A stretch of 62,960 bases of DNA, filler included, from Octopus bimaculoides (Eukaryota), in the NCBI RefSeq assembly GCF_001194135.2. It is 6 parts of 5 records of this genome, joined end to end, with 100 filler letters (N's around TTAATTAATTAA, not from the genome) between each part and the next. Parts side by side here need not be neighbours in the genome. Positions count along the whole stretch, not along the records: positions 47,077 to 53,668 come from NC_068992.1; positions 53,769 to 62,960 come from NC_068995.1; 4 more parts are not named here. One strand, 5' to 3'. Shown here one piece after another: positions 51,139 to 62,960 of the stretch. The notes beneath the pieces are model-generated. The model was given only the letters and a program-made list of their open reading frames with translations, was not told the origin of the DNA and ran no database searches. The position numbers and the translations under genes are program-made. The stretch's first letter is position 1, and every line of letters starts with the position of its first letter.

Positions 51139-51480
51139 CACAACCATATGTGCGCGACATGGTGATCTCATATCAAGATAAACAGAACATGACCTCGCAG
51201 GTGGGACCCAGTTAAAATTTTCTTCAGGTCGAGTAGCCCATCCCGCTCAAAAGGTTCCTGAATAAGGTTTGTTTAAGGATGTTGAGCAAAACGGCCATGT
51301 TTCCAAAGGTGACTTATTCAAACCCCAAAGAATTCCTCTCAACACATGACTATGATGCTCCCCCACTACTTCTGCTCATGATCAGAGATGTACATATCGT
51401 CAGCCACCNNNNNNNNNNTGACTATGATGCTCCCCCACTACTTCTGCTCATGATCAGAGATGTACATATCGTCAGCCACC
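51139..51480. mobile_element. Partial copy of the 49706-50261 element
   Basis: CACAACCATATGTGCGCGACATGG...ATATCGTCAGCCACC; contains an assembly-overlap duplication. Confidence 0.8.
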
Positions 51481-51569
51481 AAGCCTCATCACGCACTGAA
51501 AATAGACGCGAAATGATGCCAGAACCGCCTTAAAAACTATAAAAAGAGGTTGTAGGCGAGCAGTTTTAG

Positions 51570-51742
51570 CGACAGTCACTACATATTCTTTATTTTCTCT
51601 CCTTGTTTCTTTCTGTGTTCATTTCTGTGGAAGAGCGTAGGCTCGAAACGTTAAAGACCTTTTCACTCCCCGAGCGTTAAACTAATACATCTGTTTGTTG
51701 TCCACACCACCTGTCTTCGTCTTTTCCTTTTTTGTGAATTCT

Positions 51743-51755
<13 letters not shown>
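51570..51755 (+). repeat. Short repeat with a minimal hammerhead-like motif, possibly Penelope-derived
   Basis: ATTT-CTGTGGA-A-GAGC-gtag-GCTC-GAAAC-GTT-AAAG at 51621-51656. Confidence 0.4.
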
Positions 51756-51792
<37 letters not shown>

Positions 51793-51793
<1 letters not shown>

Positions 51794-52020
51794 TGGGTTG
51801 TCAGAAAAGTTCGTGCCGATATTTAAAGGAAAGAAAAAGGTGGATAAATACTTGCCATTACATTTTTAATCTACCAAATATGAACCATTTTGCTGCACAA
51901 TGCGTCTCCATCTTTCCTTTAACTTCAAAATATCCTTTTCCCAGAATTGAGGTGGTTTCATGGCAAATAAGTCGAAAGGTAAGCTACTATATATCGACAC
52001 GAACTTTCCGGACAACCCAA
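51793..52020 (-). mobile_element. Mariner-derived MITE/internal-deletion element with intact TIRs and TA flanks
   Basis: TTGGGTTGTCAGAAAAGTTCGTGCCGAT ... ATCGACACGAACTTTCCGGACAACCCAA (28-bp TIR, 3 mismatches), TA on both sides. The interior encodes FAMKPPQFWEKDILKLKERWRRIVQQNGSYLVD* on the minus strand. Confidence 0.9.
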
Positions 52021-52321
52021 TATATGTATATATATATNNNNNNNNNNNNNNNNNNNNNNNNNNNNNNNNNNNNNNNNNNNNNNNNNNNNNNNNNNNNNNN
52101 NNNNNNNNNNNNNNNNNNNNNNNNNNNNNNNNNNNNNNNNNNNNNNNNNNNNNNNNNNNNNNNNNNNNNNNNNNNNNNNNNNNNNNNNNNNNNNNNNNNN
52201 NNNNNNNNNNNNNNNNNNNNNNNNNNNNNNNNNNNNNNNNNNNNNNNNNNNNNNNNNNNNNNNNNNNNNNNNNNNNNNNNNNNNNNNNNNNNNNNNNNNN
52301 NTATATATATGTATATATATG

Positions 52322-53400
52322 TATAAAAGCGCAGAGTGGAATGCACCGCTTTATATTAATTTTATTGATTTCGAAAAAGCATTCGATAGTGTAGATAGGG
52401 AAGGCTTATGGAGAATTATGCAGCACTACGGCATACCAGACAAGTTTACATCTATAATAAGAGCAACTTACCAAGGGATTTCATGCCGAGTCTTGCATGG
52501 AAACGGAGCTACGGATAAATTCGATGTAAAAATAGGAGTTCGACAGGGCTGTATACTTTATCTCTTTTTATTTCTACTAGTCATAGATTGGATTATGAAG
52601 GAAACGACGATTGAAAGCCAAACAGGCATTGAATGGATGGATGCAGAAGCTCTAGAAGATCTCGACTTTGCAGATGATATAGCGCTACTTTCACAAACAC
52701 AGCCAAATGCAAAATAAAACGTCAAAGTTAGAAGCAATAGCTGCCAAGATAGGATTGAAAGTCAACCGCAACAAATCAACAATTATGCGCGTTAATGAAG
52801 AAAAGAACGAGCGTATTAACCTAGAAACCGGTGAACTAGAGGATGTAGCCGAGATTATGTATTTAGGTAGTAATATAACGTTCTCAGGCGGCAACGACGA
52901 AGATATTAAGACGAGAATAAGTAAGGCAAGGGCCGCTTTCCACCTGTTAAAAAAAGTATGGAGCGCAAGTGTAATTTCAATAAAGAACAAAATAAGAATT
53001 TTTAACACTAACGTAAAAGCGGTGTTATTGTATGGGGCTGAGACATGGTGAACAACAGTTAAATCAAATAAGCAAATACAATCATTCATCAACAGGTGCT
53101 TGCGTAGTATACTTAAAATTAGATGGCCCAAACAGATGAGCAAGATGGAGCTATGGCAAAGAACGAATCAAGTTTCGATTAGGGTGCAAATATTTAGGAA
53201 AAAGTGGAAGTAGATTGGTAGCACAATTAGAAGGGACACACCAAATGTAGCGAAAAATGTTTTACAGTGGAATCCAGATGGATATAGAAAGAGGGGTAGG
53301 CCTAAGAACTCGTGGCGTAGATCAACATATGGCAGAGTATAAGAACAGAAGCGAAAAATTATGCGACATGGAATTCAATTATAAGTGGTCTATACTCCGC
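52322..53400 (+). mobile_element. RTE LINE, 5'-truncated, RT plus C-terminal region (decayed)
   Basis: LYINFIDFEKAFDSVDR...GVRQGCIL...DLDFADDIALL, frameshift, then VLLYGAETW*...QWNPDGYRKRGRPKNSWRR. Confidence 0.95.
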
Positions 53401-53768
53401 GCTGGAGGGTTAAAGGCAAGAAAGAAAGACAAAAAGTCAGTTCAGGATTGTTGCATTTGTGGCACGCAGTACTAATGATAACCAACAAGCAAGAAGTATA
53501 TTCAGTAGAAAATTTTTCTTCTCCGAGCTGACGAGAGTCGTAACATCTGGCTGTGTTGCAAAAGACAATAACGTCACGTATATACACATTAAATATACAC
53601 ACACTACATGCGTATATATACATATATCTATACTTACATAGGCATATATATATATATATATATATATANNNNNNNNNNNNNNNNNNNNNNNNNNNNNNNN
53701 NNNNNNNNNNNNTTAATTAATTAANNNNNNNNNNNNNNNNNNNNNNNNNNNNNNNNNNNNNNNNNNNN

Positions 53769-53801
<33 letters not shown>

Positions 53802-54953
53802 ATAGAAAGGGATTCCTTGCATGGAGTTAAACAACGCGATTATGTGATTTAAATCAGAACGAAGCAAATGATATTGATTAAAACATGTTTTGATTGAAGT
53901 AAGGGATTGGATTAGAAATGAACACTACGAAACATAATGCCATGATTGTCGAAAATGCTTGGTTGTATTTTTACGTAATGTGTTGATTAACAAATTTTTA
54001 TTGCTGGCATCCATGTGTAAGGGAGGGAAGAAAATACTTTAATGCATTCAGGAAAAAACACAAACTGGTACCATGAAAGAAGTTCTATCCATTTTTAATG
54101 ATAAGTCCATTTTATTTCAAAGTCATTAGATCAAACCAATGGAATCGGAAATTTACAGTTGTATTATTCGGAGAGATAATATAATATGTTATGATATAAA
54201 CAAAGCATATCAATGGAATAATTTATCGTTTCGTGTCTTAACATCTTCCTTTTAAGTAAACAAAGAATGATCAAGAAAGTGTTTATTCTCGTAAATTCTA
54301 GAATGGATTGAAATGTAGCTTCCTGATATGCAAGTGATCTTCAGACAACTTGAATACTAAAATAGGAAACGAATCTACATACCAACTAATGCAACATTAA
54401 AAATATGCAAGGTCACAATGACCTAGAATAATCTACAAGCAAACATCTCATTAGCTATTCAGTTCATGTTGCTATTTCATTTTGGCTAATTTGTCACAAA
54501 TGTTACATGTGAAATTTCGAAGGAAAACCTATGAAAATATTGACCTCTTGCAAGCAAATTCAGATAACACACTACGTATTGCATATGACATTTTAACTTC
54601 AGCTTAAATTTAGTTCATTTTTCGAGACCTTTCAACAATTTTCAAAAGCTTAAATTGAACATTGTAAGTATAAAACACAAAATAATTTTCGGAACCTCTG
54701 ATATTTTCTTCTTCAGATAGTAGAAATGAAATGATAATAAAAAAATATTAATTATATTATTCCTAGTTTGAGACTTTACAACAATCGCAATCATTCAAGA
54801 AATTTTATGAAATTAATCTTAATAATATTGAAGATTATCTATTTATCTCTCTATCTCTCTATCTATCTATCTATCTATCTACCTATCTATCTATCTATCT
54901 ATCTATTATATATCTATCTATCTCTCTTTCTATCTATCTATCTATCTATCTAT

Positions 54954-54993
<40 letters not shown>

Positions 54994-56289
54994 CTATCAA
55001 CATATATTTTATCTCTTAATTGTTTCAGTCATTTAAATGCGGCCATGATGGAGCACTGCCTTCAAGGGTTTTAAAGCCTGGTATTTACTGCATTGGGCTC
55101 ATTTGCGATAAGTTATGAGAACATTAGTTATCAAGCGGTGCTATGGGACAAGGACAAACACAAAGGCACAGACATAGATGTATGCATATGTATGTATGTA
55201 TGTATATATAGATATATGTGTGTGTGTGTATGTGTGTGTGTGTGTGCGTGTGTGCGCGTGTGTGTATAGAGACAGACACACAGACCGACATATATATGTG
55301 TGTATATACATATATACATACATACATATAAAATATAATATAATATTACATCATATTATATTATATTATATTATATTATATTATATCATATTATATTACA
55401 TTACATGGAATAGCAGATTGACACACTGGACATCACGCCAAGAAAAAAAAAAGACGTAGGAATGAGGATTGTTAAAAATTCTTCGGCACCCAAACGTAGA
55501 TGCGGAAAACATGAGACCGTCGTTGGTGGAGAGAACTTGCTGATGCCTTTGTCTAGCAATGGAAAATGTACATGAATGATGTATGTATGTATGTATGTAT
55601 GTATGTATGTATGTATGTACACATGTGCATTATGTCGCACCTCAGGCTGTTAAAAGGATAAACGAATATTACATTATATTGTACTATGTTATATTACATT
55701 TTACTATATTTTATATTATAATGACATGTGCTTGATGGTCTAAATTCATATAGTAAGTTCCAACATCCAACTGGTGGAGTTACTACTAAAGCGGTTGCCC
55801 TTTGAGCGGTGTGAATATCTTGTAAGTTCCTTGCAGATCAATGATGTGGAAGACAATGTTATGTTTCGTGAATTGTAGAGTGAAATAGTTTCTGGAAATG
55901 GTCTTATTCGGTCACGAGTCGACTTCCACTGTATATATATATATATATATATNNNNNNNNNNNNNNNNNNNNNNNNNNNNNNNNNNNNNNNNNNNNNNNN
56001 NNNNNNNNNNNNNNNNNNNNNNNNNNNNNNNNNNNNNNNNNNNNNNNNNNNNNNNNNNNNNNNNNNNNNNNNNNNNNNNNNNNNNNNNNNNNNNNNNNNN
56101 NNNNNNNNNNNNNNNNNNNNNNNNNNNNNNNNNNNNNNNNNNNNNNNNNNNNNNNNNNNNNNNNNNNNNNNNNNNAGGACTAAAGACAAAGACGAACTCA
56201 GCGGAATTTGAGCACACTACGAAATGCTACTAAGCGTTTTATTCGACGCGCAAACAATTTTGCCCGCTCATTGACTAGTAGTAATAACT

Positions 56290-56807
56290 ATAAGCACAAG
56301 GCCTGAAGTTGAAGTTAGTCGATTTCATGCACCCCAATACTTAACTGGTACTAATTTTATCTATCCCGAAAGGATGAAAAGCAAAGTTGACCTCGGTGGA
56401 ATTTGAACTGAGAACGTTAAAGCAGACTAAAGATTCTGCCAGCTTGCTGCTTTAACAATAGTAACAACGGCAATAAAAATAATTCTTTCTGCTAAGGGCA
56501 CAGGGCCTGAAATTTTGTTGGGAAGGGGTTAGTCGATTTCACCGACCTCAGTGTTTTACTGGTACTTAATTCATCGACCTCGGCGGAATTTGAACTCAGG
56601 ACGAAATACCGCTAAGTATTCTGTCTGGCAAGCTAAAGATTATGCCTGCTCGCTAAATTCTACTATAGACAGAAGCCCTGGAATTTTTGAGGAGGCGTCT
56701 AGTCGATTACATCTAGCCCAATACTCAAATGCTACTTATTTATCGACCTTTAAATGCTGAAGGCAAAGTAGCACTCGGCGGAATTTCAACTCAGAACGTA
56801 AAGATGG
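56290..56807 (-). mobile_element. Three tandem SINE family D copies
   Basis: Units at ~56290-56452, 56497-56655 and 56680-56807, each with ACTGG/TGC TACTTA..TT.ATC and CTCGG(T/C)GGAATTT.AACT.AG. Confidence 0.75.
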
Positions 56808-56904
56808 ACTTGTTTGACATCGTCTCTCTGCACCTTTTAAATACATATTCTTAGGTAATAATAAGAGACACACTGTATGGTTTCTCAGTATGGTTATCAA
56901 AGAT

Positions 56905-57539
56905 AATGGACAAGGTCATCACAAATTTCATGTATGCCAACGATGTAGTTTTCATAGCCGACATCATGCAAGAACTACAGAATTAAGTTAACAGTGTAAA
57001 CGATGTAAGTACTCAAATTGGCCTTCAACTAAAACCCAAATAACAAAAGTAACGTAAGTAACTAAAAGTAAAACAAACTGTGAGCAGATATAATGAATAT
57101 ATCCAAAACGTAAAAGAATTTCTGTACTTTGCTAATCTTACTTATAGTCTTCTATAATGACACCCATGAAATCAAGGGAAGACCCGGCATTGTAGTACTG
57201 AACAGCATATGAAAGAATAAGGCTATCTTATTACGAGCAAAATAGAACTCAATTCATTGATATTAAACATAGCCAACTCTGAAGCTGAATGCTGCACTAT
57301 AAAGAAAATCGATAATAGGAAAATTTAAACATTTGAGAAATGGTGTCCTAGATGCATTCTCAAAATAAACTGGACGAATGAAAGAACTAATGAACTCATT
57401 CTTCGCAACGTAAATTGCCCGGAAAGATTGTTAAATTCTAGCATAACAAGAAAATGGGCCTTCCTTGGTCATGTATTTAGAAGACAAAACCTTGAGAGCT
57501 TTCTTTTAACAGATGCAGGGTATGGCAAAAAAAAGAGGA
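56905..57539 (+). mobile_element. Old RTE LINE RT/C-terminal remnant
   Basis: ITNFMYANDVVF...FEKWCPRCILKINWTNERTNE...WAFLGHVFRR...KKRGRR. Confidence 0.75.
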
Positions 57540-57590
57540 CGGCGTAGGAGTGGCTGTGTGGTAAGTAGCTTGCTTACCAACCACATAGTT
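57540..57590 (+). mobile_element. SINE family C head, running into a gap
   Basis: Matches 24494-24540. Confidence 0.85.
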
Positions 57591-58284
57591 NNNNNNNNNN
57601 NNNNNNNNNNNNNNNNNNNNNNNNNNNNNNNNNNNNNNNNNNNNNNNNNNNNNNNNNNNNNNNNNNNNNNNNNNNNNNNNNNNNNNNNNNNNNNNNNNNN
57701 NNNNNNNNNNNNNNNNNNNNNNNNNNNNNNNNNNNNNNNNNNNNNNNNNNNNNNNNNNNNNNNNNNNNNNNNNNNNNNNNNNNNNNNNNNNNNNNNNNNN
57801 NNNNNNNNNNNNNNNNNNNNNNNNNNNNNNNNNNNNNNNNNNNNNNNNNNNNNNNNNNNNNNNNNNNNNNNNNNNNNNNNNNNNNNNNNNNNNNNNNNNN
57901 NNNNNNNNNNNNNNNNNNNNNNNNNNNNNNNNNNNNNNNNNNNNNNNNNNNNNNNNNNNNNNNNNNNNNNNNNNNNNNNNNNNNNNNNNNNNNNNNNNNN
58001 NNNNNNNNNNNNNNNNNNNNNNNNNNNNNNNNNNNNNNNNNNNNNNNNNNNNNNNNNNNNNNNNNNNNNNNNNNNNNNNNNNNNNNNNNNNNNNNNNNNN
58101 NNNNNNNNNNNNNNNNNNNNNNNNNNNNNNNNNNNNNNNNNNNNNNNNNNNNNNNNNNNNNNNNNNNNNNNNNNNNNNNNNNNNNNNNNNNNNNNNNNNN
58201 NNNNNNNNNNNNNNNNNNNNNNNNNNNNNNNNNNNNNNNNNNNNNNNNNNNNNNNNNNNNNNNNNNNNNNNNNNNNNNNNNNNN

Positions 58285-58316
<32 letters not shown>

Positions 58317-60893
58317 CCTTTCTCTATCTATCTATCTGTCTATCTTTCTGTATCTCCCAGTATGTGTCCCCTAATAAGAACTAAAGCATGCGTAATGTTG
58401 TCCCTGGAACTGCTTAAGAATTCAAAATATTATTAATCATTGACTTATGCCCCTTTTTCAATTCTCTATAATTTGTCTATGTTAAAACAGATTTGACAAT
58501 TTTTTGCGTATGTAATTGATATCAGCTTATATATTATCTAAACAATTTTAATTTAGCACTCATGATGTCATGATAAAATCGAATAATAACAGTTGTCTTG
58601 CATACGAGATTAAGTAATCAAGATTATATTTGTTTATCCTCACTGAAATTTACGTGTGGTTAACATTTTATGCTACCTGTAATACCAACTTAATGGAATT
58701 CCTTTATATATTTTGAGTATCATCTGTCAATTCTGCAGTTTATTGTTAACCATTTTTACTGCGCAGGAATGACAGAATGATAGACTGATGAACCAAGGCA
58801 TACTTTAACCAGTTACAGAGTCTTATATTTTCAATTCAAAACTTGTGATGATTTACTTTACCTTTTAACAATTTAATATCCAGATTTCAATATATAACTC
58901 GTCTACAGATGATTGGTCTTGTGCCAATAAGATGAATCAATATTTATCTAAAGACTCTCTTTCAAGTGCTATATAGAGTGTTAAGTAGTATATTGATGTA
59001 TCAGTTGCTAGCAGAAAGGAACAACCGGAAATAAAATATCTTCTTGCGCCTAAGTTGTCAAGACAAGGTGAATGAATGGTAAAATTATATATAACGATAT
59101 TTGATCTAACCAAATAATACTGTACATCGAAGTCCGATATTTATTATCTTATCTCTCACATGCAAAGTTGTTGATGTAAACATGTAAACCGTTTTATATA
59201 CTTACGATAGATGATATATTGATGTGTAGCAACCTGAGTAATTTTCGTAATTCTAACTTATGTGACTGTTTGTAGCTGGAGAATGATAATAGGTCATAGC
59301 ATTCAGGATTGAAATGGCTGCGAAGGAGTAGTAATCCCTATATTGATTATCAAATTAATATTACAATATTTACATACGTATTCTATAGTTCTACTTTATT
59401 CGATAAAGCGCTAGACTCTTCTTTTTTTCTTTCTGTGAAAGTCCTGGTTATCTATGAACAAGTAATGCATGTATTCGCCCGAACGTCTTTCTTTATACCA
59501 AGTCTGTGCTTATTAGAAAAAAACATTACCTATAGTTCGACATTTAGTGACAAATCGTACAGGATACTGCGTGACAGTCAAGGATTTGCATTGTCTCCAA
59601 CCGTCAGTCCAATGGTTCTATGCCTATTGATTTTTGCCGGTGCCCCACCGAAGGTGAAGAACGTAAGCTCGGCTCGTTTTTGCTGGCGACATTCCAGTAC
59701 AGGACTTAGAACTAGGAGGGTTATCGATGCTTTAAGTAATTGAGAAATACATTGTTTACGAAATATTGTTCTAATAACAATATTTGGTGTAGAGTATGTG
59801 TCCACATGGTCTTGAGGCGGTGACGGGCTTTCTATTAACTGAAGCTTAATTTGGCAAGAAAAATTTACCCCTTGCATATGCAAGTGGTCATTCGATTTTG
59901 GTATCTTTGTTGCGTTGACTAGGTAGTGTGTAATTGACGTTTCCGGAGAACATGTTATATTTCGAGTCTGGACAGGCTGTGATCGTCCAAGGCACATGTA
60001 GTATATCATGTATGCAAAGTTGTCTTTGTTCTAATAACCCAATGTGTTATTTGAGTTATGTTTGGGCTTTTTATCTTATCCCCATTCAGTGTCGACTGAG
60101 AATACAGTGGCGAATGTATGTGCATATTCAGAATACTTTACTTTTTGTGTTTGTGTGTGTGTGTGTGTGTGTGTGCGTGTGAATGGATACGTTGTTAATC
60201 AAGCAAGATTAGGGAATACTTGTAGAAAATGAAGAAGTTGTGTTAAATCTATTATTCAATAGACAACAATCTGTCAATTCATTTTTTTGAAATCACACAA
60301 AACGTATGGCCTGTTTTTGGGCGCATAAGGCTGTCAACTTAATTTGTTACCAAGCTTGAAAAATTATTTTTACAATTCAGTTTTGTCAACGCTATATGTC
60401 CAAAAGAACGTTACTTTCATTCAGACCTCCCTCATTGACTTGGCATATGGGAGTGCGTGAGTGAAAAGTTATGTTGCAAGTTTTCCCATTGTCATTGTCA
60501 CTGTTGCGTGACTCTCTTGTATGTGTCAAAAACACCAGATACATCATTATATTTTCAATGGCTGAATTTTCATTTAAAATTGCTGTTTTCATTTTTCTGT
60601 TTTACTTGTGCAAATGTATTGTTCATTGAGGGGACCTGTCTAGTCGATATGTTGCATTGAATCGCGCTTAGCGAGAACGATCTTTTTGAAAATCTTTTTT
60701 CCAATAAATATGAAAAAAAGTTGAATAAATGAAAACATTCATTTGGTTTTTAGTAATAATTCCGTGCAATATGAAAACATGAAAAACAATCCTTTCTATT
60801 TTTTTATAAACTCAACAGAGGTTGATTGTTAAACCGGACCATACACAACGATATTTTACTCAGGCAAAAACGAAGAGCAATGCTAGTAATGAC

Positions 60894-61416
<523 letters not shown>

Positions 61417-61963
61417 NNNNNNNNNNNNNNNNNNNNNNNNNNNNNNNNNNNNNNNNNNNNNNNNNNNNNNNNNNNNNNNNNNNNNNNNNNNNNNNNNNNN
61501 NNNNNNNNNNNNNNNNNNNNNNNNNNNNNNNNNNNNNNNNNNNNNNNNNNNNNNNNNNNNNNNNNNNNNNNNNNNNNNNNNNNNNNNNNNNNNNNNNNNN
61601 NNNNNNNNNNNNNNNNNNNNNNNNNNNNNNNNNNNNNNNNNNNNNNNNNNNNNNNNNNNNNNNNNNNNNNNNNNNNNNNNNNNNNNNNNNNNNNNNNNNN
61701 NNNNNNNNNNNNNNNNNNNNNNNNNNNNNNNNNNNNNNNNNNNNNNNNNNNNNNNNNNNNNNNNNNNNNNNNNNNNNNNNNNNNNNNNNNNNNNNNNNNN
61801 NNNNNNNNNNNNNNNNNNNNNNNNNNNNNNNNNNNNNNNNNNNNNNNNNNNNNNNNNNNNNNNNNNNNNNNNNNNNNNNNNNNNNNNNNNNNNNNNNNNN
61901 NNNNNNNNNNNNNNNNNNNNNNNNNNNNNNNNNNNNNNNNNNNNNNNNNNNNNNNNNNNNNNN

Positions 61964-62212
61964 AAAAAATAGTGCTCATGGGAACTGCCCATATCCTACG
62001 TAAAATACTGTCTATGTGATCTCAAATTTTAAAGCAAACACATAATTTTCTTATGGTTTCTTAAACATTCACTTGAACAAAACTGTACAAATACAAATAT
62101 ATGGTAACCTAGGCATAACACCTACATGAACTTCTAATTTGTTGTCTCTTGAGGTCTCTGGATGAGACTTGGATCCAACTTGTACAAATGCAAAACAAAA
62201 GTCAAACATAAA
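61964..62212 (+). mobile_element. Second R4/Dong-like family, 3' end with (AAT)n tail
   Basis: KIVLMGTAHILRKILSM*, a different ~190-bp 3' UTR, then (AAT)n. Confidence 0.8.
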
Positions 62213-62238
62213 ATAATAATAATAATAATAATAATAAT

Positions 62239-62768
62239 ATCCTGATTGAATATCAGACAGTGGCTCTCATGGCTTCTGTTCTTATCTGATTAGAAATGTT
62301 AACAAATATATGTTTTGTCTTAATGTGAATGATGGACTTCAAGAATACCACAGATTTGCTTGTCAGTTGCTTGATCTTAACCAAAATGTTCCTTAATAGA
62401 TGACGATATGTGCATCTCTGATCACAATTAGGACTAGTGAGGGAGTATCATAACCATATATTGAGGGGGATTATTTGGGGTTTGAATAATCTACCCTTGA
62501 AAAAATGGGTCTTTCGTTCACAATTCTTAGACAAAGGATCTTTTGACCTGTTTGGCGACTCGACCTGAAGAAAATAATTCTAAATTGGCTCTACCTGCAA
62601 GGTCATGTGTTGTTTGTCTTGATATGAATTGTGTGTCTCAATGTTTCGCACAAATTATTGTGATGCATCTGCTTGATGTACATTTATCCGACGGGTAGTG
62701 ACGATGAGTATATTAGGTTTAGTATATTTGTATTTCAGCGATATTTTGATGGTGTTTGCTACGCTCTC

Positions 62769-62770
<2 letters not shown>
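62239..62770. mobile_element. Diverged inverted copy of the 49706-50261 element, bracketed by (AAT)n
   Basis: CAGTGGCTCTCATGGCTTCTG...ACTCGACCTGAAGAAAA...GCTACGCTCTC between AAT tracts. Confidence 0.75.
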
Positions 62771-62835
<65 letters not shown>

Positions 62836-62838
<3 letters not shown>

Positions 62839-62960
62839 CGTCAAAATAAAGGGCCGGACGTTGTTCCTCATGTCCCGCAAACAAAATCAAAACGGCATAA
62901 ATGGACACGTGAGGAACACATTTCGATCCTACACGCCTATTTCACAGCAGTGCTCTACCC
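62836..62960 (+). mobile_element. Probable N-terminal region of an R4/Dong-like ORF, continuing beyond the window
   Basis: An open frame directly after (AAT)n: NRQNKGPDVVPHVPQTKSKRHKWTREEHISILHAYFTAVLYP, resembling the RxKWT Myb-like N-terminal motif of RLE elements. Confidence 0.55.

Noticed and set aside
51346-51480. Direct repeat across a 10-N gap (DYDAPPLLLL twice)
   Set aside because: Same contig-overlap artefact.
55754-55821. Exon-like SSNIQLVELLLKRLPFERCEYL with a gtaagt donor
   Set aside because: Weak acceptor, no linked exon and no recognised domain.

Overview
An AT-rich, gapped, repeat-dominated metazoan window. The SINE families and microsatellite load suggest a cephalopod, probably Octopus; this is inferred from recalled repeat consensus, not from a database search. 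There are no prokaryotic-type features. Most of the ORF track is microsatellite or N-gap noise. Supported content: (1) four phase-compatible candidate exons on + (4986-5132, 7734-7880, 10571-10639, 10977-11055) encoding Cys-rich Sushi/CCP-like modules followed by a helical segment; (2) many tRNA-derived SINEs of at least four families (local names A-D), including chimeras; (3) decayed RTE, CR1-like, Penelope-like and mariner elements, plus a mariner MITE; (4) R4/Dong-like RLE retrotransposon pieces whose visible ends sit in (AAT)n tracts, together with an unclassified ~550-bp element bracketed by the same microsatellite; (5) a 24/27-bp minisatellite reading as (D/N)RHVNATS glycosylation-sequon repeats; (6) a tandem pair of CTCF-like motifs; (7) hammerhead-core-like motifs in three repeats. 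Five 100-bp N44-TTAATTAATTAA-N44 spacers are artificial scaffold joins, so adjacency across them is uncertain.
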